Assembly: GCA_964501675.1 (NCBI GenBank)
Contig: CAZCTJ010000002.1
Span: 1 to 28,987, forward strand
Length of the DNA: 28,987 bases
Direction: 5' to 3'
Source: an uncultured Candidatus Saccharibacteria bacterium
Lineage (GTDB): Bacteria > Patescibacteriota > Minisyncoccia > UBA6257 > 2-01-FULL-56-20
Shown: one piece after another, positions 23,907 to 28,987 of the stretch
Numbering within the stretch: position 1 is the first letter of the stretch
How the letters are laid out: each line of letters begins with the position of its first letter
The notes under the pieces: model-generated
What the model saw: only the letters and a program-made list of their open reading frames with translations
Databases searched by the model: none
What the model was told of the DNA's origin: nothing
Position numbers and translations under genes: made by a program

Positions 23907-23977
23907 GGGCCTATAGTAAAATGGCATTACGCCTCCATGGCATGGAGGAGGTCGGGGTCCGATTCCCCGTAGGTCCA
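23907..23977 (+). tRNA. tRNA-Ala(GGC)
   Basis: Acceptor GGGCCTA/TAGGTCC with the G3:U70 AlaRS identity pair; anticodon arm CCTCC-AT GGC AT-GGAGG (A32-U38); T-loop reads TCCGATT; followed by CCG rather than CCA. Confidence 0.9.
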
Positions 23978-24016
23978 CCGCCAGGGGATCGAACGAAAGG
24001 CGGAAAGCGGCCGCTT

Positions 24017-24045
24017 TTGACAAATATGATTTTTTATGGTATGCT
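24017..24045 (+). promoter_or_regulatory. Near-consensus sigma70 promoter giving a probable leaderless transcript
   Basis: TTGACA, 17-nt spacer including TGn, TATGCT, then 7 nt to the ATG at 24053. Confidence 0.8.
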
Positions 24046-24052
24046 TTAAGAC

Positions 24053-25312
24053 ATGGTTCGTATCGGCGTTTTTTCGTTTTTGACCGTTCTCTTCCCCGCG
24101 CTTATCTTCTCCGCGGCGCTTTCGGCCGGGGTGCCGTCCCTCGAAACCCGCTCCGCCGCCGATGTTTCCGCGCGACAGGCCGTCTTGCGCGGTTCGGTCA
24201 ATCCGAACGGAGCTCGAACGACCGCCTGGTTCGAATACGGAGAGAACGGGCGTTTCGACAATTCCGCCGGGGTCCAGCCGCTCGGATCGGAGACGAAGAA
24301 TCTGTCCTTCACTTTCACCCTGGCCGAGCTTCGCCCGGACACCACCTATTATTTCCGCTTGGCGGCCGTGAATGAATTTGGAATAAGCCGCAGCCAGACG
24401 CTCTGGTTCAGGACCAAGGCGGCGGACAGTCCCGCTACGCCGCGCGGACCCCGTGCCGTCACTTCCGGAGCGACCGAGATAGGCCAATTCACCGCCCGCC
24501 TGTACGGAAGCGTGGAACCGAAAGGATTGGAAACCCATGCCTGGTTCGAATACGGGACCTCCCGGTCCCTGGGCGAGACGGAGGGCTATAGATATTTTTC
24601 CGGCGGCAACGGGTCCTATAATTTTTCCCAGAGCGTTTCCGGTCTTCGTGCCGGAACGGTTTATTACTATCGGCTGGCCGCGAAGAACAGCAAGGGCGTG
24701 AGCCGCGGAGATATTCGCAGTTTTACCACCGCCTACGCCGAAAGATCGTCCCTGAAGCCGGAAGCGCGGACCCGTTCCGCATCGAACGTGACCTCCAATT
24801 CCGGCATGATGCGGGGAACGGTGAACGCCAAGGGAGGCAAGACCTGGGTTTGGTTCGAATACGGGGCGAGCCGCAACCTGGGCAAAGCGAGCGGCAAAAG
24901 GACGGCCGGCGGGGGAAATACCCCCTTGGGTTTTTCGGAGCGTCTGCGCGCCTTGCGTTCCGATCAGGTTTATTACTACAGGATCGTGGCCGAGAATGCC
25001 GAGGGCAGGACCTACGGCGATGTCTTGAGCTTCCGGACGGCCGTTCAGCGGTCTTCCATCTATCGCCAGAACGACGCCAGCCGTCCCCAGACAATGCTCG
25101 CTTTCTCTCCGTTCCGTCAGCTTAGAGGGGGCTCTTCGGACGGCGTTCCCGCGGGGGATGCCACCATGCTCGCCTCCGCGGAGGGCAGTCTGGGCGGAAG
25201 GCCCTGGTATTTTTATGCCGTTCTCATCCCCGCAATTCTCCTCCTCTTGGGCTTGAGCTATATGTTCTATCGCTACGGCCGTTCCCGGTCCCTGATGAAC
25301 CCCAGGGTATAG
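24053..25312 (+). CDS. Cell-surface protein with three FN3-like repeats and a C-terminal TM anchor
   Basis: N-terminal signal; three copies of (L/M)xG(S/T)VxxxGxxTxxWFEYG...YYxRxxAxN..G.....FxT; C-terminal PWY-TM-LSYMFYRYGRSR. Confidence 0.85.
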   Translation: MVRIGVFSFLTVLFPALIFSAALSAGVPSLETRSAADVSARQAVLRGSVNPNGARTTAWFEYGENGRFDNSAGVQPLGSETKNLSFTFTLAELRPDTTYYFRLAAVNEFGISRSQTLWFRTKAADSPATPRGPRAVTSGATEIGQFTARLYGSVEPKGLETHAWFEYGTSRSLGETEGYRYFSGGNGSYNFSQSVSGLRAGTVYYYRLAAKNSKGVSRGDIRSFTTAYAERSSLKPEARTRSASNVTSNSGMMRGTVNAKGGKTWVWFEYGASRNLGKASGKRTAGGGNTPLGFSERLRALRSDQVYYYRIVAENAEGRTYGDVLSFRTAVQRSSIYRQNDASRPQTMLAFSPFRQLRGGSSDGVPAGDATMLASAEGSLGGRPWYFYAVLIPAILLLLGLSYMFYRYGRSRSLMNPRV

Positions 25313-25415
25313 GCATCCGGGCCGCCCCGCCCCGCGCCGTCTCCGAAACGGCTGATTTCCCGTAGTATAGGTCATTGAAAAAGGATTAGTCGCCGGCGAA
25401 ATATGACTCTTCAAA

Positions 25416-28400
25416 ATGTCTAAGAACATTAGGCTGTTTTTCTCCCGGGGCACCGTTTCGGTCCTCATTTTCTTGACCGTTTTCGGTGCTGTGCCGCTCG
25501 GTACCGCCCCGGCCAATGCCGCGGAAGAGATACTGGTGAACTGCGAGGCGCGCACCCAGGAAGGAGCCGCCGGATATGTCGCCGCGGACAGCACTTCCTG
25601 CACGGTGCCTTCCGGCGCGAGCGTTTCGCGTTTGAATCTGGATTATATTTTGGACGATGGGGGAGAGATATCCATAAACAACTCCGTGGTTTTCGGTTTG
25701 CCTCCGGATTACGGGGTGGACAGCGGGAATCGGGACGTTTCTTACGGACTGTCCGGAGGACAGAGCTTCACCCTTAAGGTCGAAGCGCGAAATGCGGTCG
25801 GAGATGACGGCGACCCGGTAGGACCGGTCTATGGCCGTGCCACCCTGCAGGTTTGGGGGACAAGGGTCACCGCTCCTCCGCCCCCGCCGCCCCCTCCCCC
25901 TCCCCCTCCCCCTCCTCCGCCTCCTCCTCCTCCTCCGCCCCCGCCTCCTCCTCCGCCGGGCAATCCGCCCTCGGTGGTCACCTTCAACGCCACCGGCGTT
26001 TCCCAGTCCTCTGCCACTCTGAACGGGAGCGTCAGTCCCAACGCATCCGGAACGACCGCCTGGTTCGAATATGGTTCGACTCCTTCCCTGGGCCAGACCG
26101 CCGGCTCGCAATCCGTTGGCGGCGGAACCTCCTATGTGAACATTTCCACCGCGATCGGCGGCCTCTCCGCGGGTACCACCTATTATTTCCGCGCGGTGGC
26201 CCAGAACGCGAACGGCACCGCTTACGGCAGCATTCTTAACTTCCGAACCTCGGATATGCCTCCTCCGCCCCCTCCTCCTCCGCCGCCCCCGCCCCCGCCT
26301 CCGCCTCCTCCTCCGCCGGGCAATCCGCCCTCGGTTAGCACCCTGAACGCCACTTCCGTTTCGCAGTCCTCCGCCACTTTGAACGGAACGGTGAATCCCA
26401 ATGGCGAGAACACGAACGCCTGGTTCGAGTACGGACGGACCGCCTCCCTGGGGCAGACCGCGGGTTTTCAGGCCGTTGGTTCTTTAAGCTGGCCGCGGAA
26501 CATTTCCGCTTCCTTAAGCGGCCTTACCGCCGGAACCACCTACTACTTCCGCGCGGTGGCCCAGAACCAGCACGGCACGGCCTACGGCAGCATTTTGAGC
26601 TTTACGACCGCGAGCGCTCCGCCTCCTCCCGGCCAACCGATCGCTGATATTAAGGCGGACGGCTCGGACGGTCCGGTGGTGGCCGTGCCCGGAGGTTTTG
26701 CCACTTTGACCTGGACATCATCCAATGCGACCTTCTGCACGGTCATTCCCGGAAATTACACGGGTATCTTCGGATCCCGGCAGGTGAGCGGCATCAGCAA
26801 TGAGGTCACGTATGTCCTGAATTGTACCGGACCGGGAGGCACCGCGAGCGACTCGGTTACGCTCATTCCGCCTCCGCCCCCGCCCCCACCGCCTCCTCCT
26901 CCGCCGGGCAATCCTCCCTTGGTCACCACCCTGAACGCCACGGGCATATCCGAAACCTCCGCGACCCTGAACGGCAGCGTGAACCCGAACGGGTCGAACA
27001 CCAACGCCTGGTTCGAGTACGGGCGGACCACGGGGTTGGGTCAGACGATCGGCTATCAATCGGTCGGCAGCGGAACCTCCAGCCGTAGCATCTCCGCTTC
27101 GGTGAGCGGCCTGCAATCGAACACCACCTACTATTTCCGCGCGGTGGCCCAGAACGCGAACGGCACAACCTACGGCGGCATCCTGTCCTTTATGACCGGG
27201 GATATCCTTCCGCCGCCGGGCAATGCGCCGCTCGTCACCACTCTTAGCGCCACCGGCGTATCCCAGTTCTCCGCCATCCTGAACGGCAGGGTGAATCCGA
27301 ACGGTGCGAGCACGAGCGCCTGGTTCGAGTACGGGCGGACCACTTCCCTGGGACAAACCACCGGCTATCAGTCGTTGGGCAGCGGGAATTTCGAGCGGGA
27401 CATCTCCGCTTCGGTAAGCGGATTGCAATCGAACACCACCTACTATTTCCGCGCGGTGGCCCAGAACCAGTACGGCACGACCCGCGGCAGCATCCTGTCC
27501 TTCTGGACCGGGGACGGGGGCGAGCAGGGAGGGGCTCCCCGGGTGCAGACCTTCAACGCCACGGGTATCACCAGGACCTCCGCGACCCTGAACGGCAGCG
27601 TGAACCCGAACGGGTCGAACACCGACTATTGGTTCGAATACGGCCCCACCACTTCCCTGGGCAGGACGGCCGGGTCGGGATTCTGGGACAATCTTTTCGA
27701 TTCCCTGGGCAGCGGGAATAATTCCGTGAACGTTTCCGAGGCGGTGCGCGACCTCGCGCCGGACACCACCTATTACTTCCGGGTGGTGGCCCGGAACCGC
27801 TACGGCACGGCTTACGGCAACATCCTGAGCTTCCGGACGGAAACCGACGGCGGGGGGCAACTGGGAGCTCCCTTCGCGAACACCAACGCCGCAAGCGGCA
27901 TCACTCAGACCTCCGCGGTCATGAACGGAACGGTGAATGCGAACGGCAGCGACACGACCGCTTGGTTCGAATACGGCCGGACCGTCTCGCTGGGGCAGAC
28001 CGTCGGTTTGCGGTCCGTGGGTTCCGCGAACGCTACGATACCCGTATCCCAGCAAATAACGAACCTGCAGCTGGGCACCATTTACTACTATCGGGTGGTC
28101 GCCCGGAACCCGTACGGCACCGCCTACGGCAACGTGATCGCCTTCCGGACGCAGAACGGGGCCGTGTATACTCCGCCTCCTTCGTCCAAACCCCCCGTCG
28201 GGGGATCGGCCCTGGTCACGGTGAGCGCGAACATCCAGAGCGGCGGCTTGGTGCCCAATATCAGCAACCTGACGCCCAAACCCGGAGAGATACTGACCTA
28301 TAGCGTTACCTACCGGAATCAAGGGCCGGGCAGCGCGACCAATGCGGTTCTGCGCATAATCCTGCCGGCGGAGGTGGATTATCTGGGCTCAAACCCGAAC

Positions 28401-28754
28401 ACCGCCACGGTCTCCGGAAATCTCCTGACCTTCCAGATAGGAACTATCCGGGCCAATCAGGAAGGCACGGTCACGGTCACCATCCGGGTCCGGGACAACG
28501 TTCCGCACGGCACCAATCTCAACTTCCTCGCGGTCATGGATTATCTGGATCCCTCCGGGCGGCCGCAGTCGGTAAGCGCGCCCCTGACCATCCAAGTTCA
28601 AGACCCGAACGGGGTGGTGGCGACCATCAGCGAGACCGGCGGCTTCCTGCCCTGGTACATCTGGGTCGTCATCATCACGCTCTTCCTCGTCATGCTCGCC
28701 CTAAGCTATGTTTTCTACCGCTACGGAAGGAGCAGAAGGGTGCTCGCGGTTTGA
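25416..28754 (+). CDS. Large cell-surface protein, 1112 aa: unknown N-domain, poly-Pro spacers, six FN3-like repeats, one Ig/PKD-like module, DUF11-like domain, C-terminal TM
   Basis: Signal peptide ending ANA; six ATLNGxVNPNG...WFEYG...TTYYFRAVAQN-type repeats; PGEILTYSVTYRNQG..ATNA DUF11-like motif; PWY-TM-LSYVFYRYGRSR. Confidence 0.88.
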   Translation: MSKNIRLFFSRGTVSVLIFLTVFGAVPLGTAPANAAEEILVNCEARTQEGAAGYVAADSTSCTVPSGASVSRLNLDYILDDGGEISINNSVVFGLPPDYGVDSGNRDVSYGLSGGQSFTLKVEARNAVGDDGDPVGPVYGRATLQVWGTRVTAPPPPPPPPPPPPPPPPPPPPPPPPPPPPGNPPSVVTFNATGVSQSSATLNGSVSPNASGTTAWFEYGSTPSLGQTAGSQSVGGGTSYVNISTAIGGLSAGTTYYFRAVAQNANGTAYGSILNFRTSDMPPPPPPPPPPPPPPPPPPPPGNPPSVSTLNATSVSQSSATLNGTVNPNGENTNAWFEYGRTASLGQTAGFQAVGSLSWPRNISASLSGLTAGTTYYFRAVAQNQHGTAYGSILSFTTASAPPPPGQPIADIKADGSDGPVVAVPGGFATLTWTSSNATFCTVIPGNYTGIFGSRQVSGISNEVTYVLNCTGPGGTASDSVTLIPPPPPPPPPPPPPGNPPLVTTLNATGISETSATLNGSVNPNGSNTNAWFEYGRTTGLGQTIGYQSVGSGTSSRSISASVSGLQSNTTYYFRAVAQNANGTTYGGILSFMTGDILPPPGNAPLVTTLSATGVSQFSAILNGRVNPNGASTSAWFEYGRTTSLGQTTGYQSLGSGNFERDISASVSGLQSNTTYYFRAVAQNQYGTTRGSILSFWTGDGGEQGGAPRVQTFNATGITRTSATLNGSVNPNGSNTDYWFEYGPTTSLGRTAGSGFWDNLFDSLGSGNNSVNVSEAVRDLAPDTTYYFRVVARNRYGTAYGNILSFRTETDGGGQLGAPFANTNAASGITQTSAVMNGTVNANGSDTTAWFEYGRTVSLGQTVGLRSVGSANATIPVSQQITNLQLGTIYYYRVVARNPYGTAYGNVIAFRTQNGAVYTPPPSSKPPVGGSALVTVSANIQSGGLVPNISNLTPKPGEILTYSVTYRNQGPGSATNAVLRIILPAEVDYLGSNPNTATVSGNLLTFQIGTIRANQEGTVTVTIRVRDNVPHGTNLNFLAVMDYLDPSGRPQSVSAPLTIQVQDPNGVVATISETGGFLPWYIWVVIITLFLVMLALSYVFYRYGRSRRVLAV
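25875..26906 (+). repeat. Poly-proline tracts of 28, 20 and 13 residues
   Basis: Uninterrupted CCN codons at 25875-25958, 26259-26318 and 26868-26906. Confidence 0.95.
25959..28151 (+). repeat. Six FN3-like coding repeats of about 290-300 bp with blocks of perfect DNA identity
   Basis: 48-bp identity at 26955-27002 and 27576-27623; 44-bp identity at 27112-27155 and 27424-27467. Confidence 0.9.
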
Positions 28755-28763
28755 AGAAGCTCC

Positions 28764-28895
28764 GGCATCCGGCCTGCGGGAACCGGCGTAGCTTTTCTCC
28801 TGCGGAAAAGCTCGCCTGCTTCTCGTCCGACCGGCTCCCTACCACGGGAGACCGAGCCCGGTCGGATTCCGAAAGCTTCCCGCAAACCGGATGCC
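28764..28895 (-). ncRNA. Putative structured RNA or miniature element with a three-way junction; family not recognised
   Basis: 18-bp closing stem that is continuous only on the minus strand (two G-U pairs), plus two long hairpins. Confidence 0.5.
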
Positions 28896-28987
28896 TTCGC
28901 CCTGCGGCGTGCGGGTGGATCTCTCTGATCTGGCCGCGGGGCCGTTCTGCCTCGGATGATTTTGTGTTATACTGACCCGGTTCATAT

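Noticed and set aside
21187-23977. Prophage or integrative element at the tRNA cluster
   Set aside because: No integrase, transposase or phage gene and no duplicated tRNA 3' end within the window.
25829-27031. Minus-strand poly-glycine ORFs
   Set aside because: They are the reverse-complement reading of the poly-proline tracts.
23026-28151. CRISPR array
   Set aside because: The 17-bp repeat has only two copies, the other repeats are in-frame coding modules, and no cas genes are present.
873-28322. Many long opposite-strand or alternate-frame ORFs (e.g. 7263-8597, 9964-11298, 11350-12678, 18094-19740, 23927-25603, 26718-28322, 21813-22850)
   Set aside because: They shadow well-supported genes, have no recognisable motifs, and are expected from stop-codon scarcity in high-GC DNA.
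28764-28895. Assignment of the structured element to SRP RNA, 6S, tmRNA, RNase P or 5S rRNA
   Set aside because: GAAGCAG is present but not the SRP CAGG-stem-GNRA-stem-AGCA arrangement. There is no tRNA-like end, no GAGGAAAGTCC, no 6S-type rod with a central bubble, and no 5S consensus.
28751-28975. 74-aa plus-strand ORF after the large surface protein
   Set aside because: TTG start without initiation signals, Arg/Ser/Pro-rich shadow composition, and it coincides with the structured element.
1-28987. Alternative genetic code (TGA read as Gly or Trp, as in some CPR lineages)
   Set aside because: TGA ends gap, rpe, tkt-C, tatD and leuS at their expected C-termini, often in ATGA/GTGA overlaps, and no conserved gene needs read-through.

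Overview
High-GC bacterial window read with the standard code; TGA stops fall at expected C-termini and often overlap the next ATG/GTG. By inference it is from a Patescibacteria (CPR, Parcubacteria-like) genome: most genes lack Shine-Dalgarno sites, several appear leaderless, and the gene set includes a split transketolase, DUF5671, a coiled-coil lytic transglycosylase and FN3/DUF11 surface proteins. Positions 1-9147 are a glycolysis/pentose-phosphate cluster (gap, rpiB, rpe, tkt-N, tkt-C, PfkB-family kinase, class II fba) interleaved with three envelope hypotheticals. Positions 9204-21046 are housekeeping genes (rplY, lytic transglycosylase, M16 peptidase, AI-2E permease, metG, tatD, nucleotidyltransferase, leuS, htrA). 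Positions 21187-23977 hold three tRNAs (Ser-CGA, Arg-CCT, Ala-GGC) plus a beta-barrel-like secreted protein, a small membrane protein and a lipoprotein. Positions 24053-28754 hold two FN3-like repeat surface proteins. Best leads: (1) an alpha/beta-hydrolase with a complete putative catalytic triad inserted in-frame in the LeuRS editing domain; (2) a shared, synonymously diverged C-terminal PWY-TM-LSYxFYRYGRSR tail on both surface proteins, a candidate sorting signal; (3) a 132-nt three-way-junction RNA on the minus strand at the right end; (4) anti-T-arm 9-mers and a duplicated 5' end around the tRNAs; (5) 7-nt-periodic repeats, one set inside leuS. No CRISPR array, transposase or integrase was seen. 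All family calls are from motif recognition; no database search was run.
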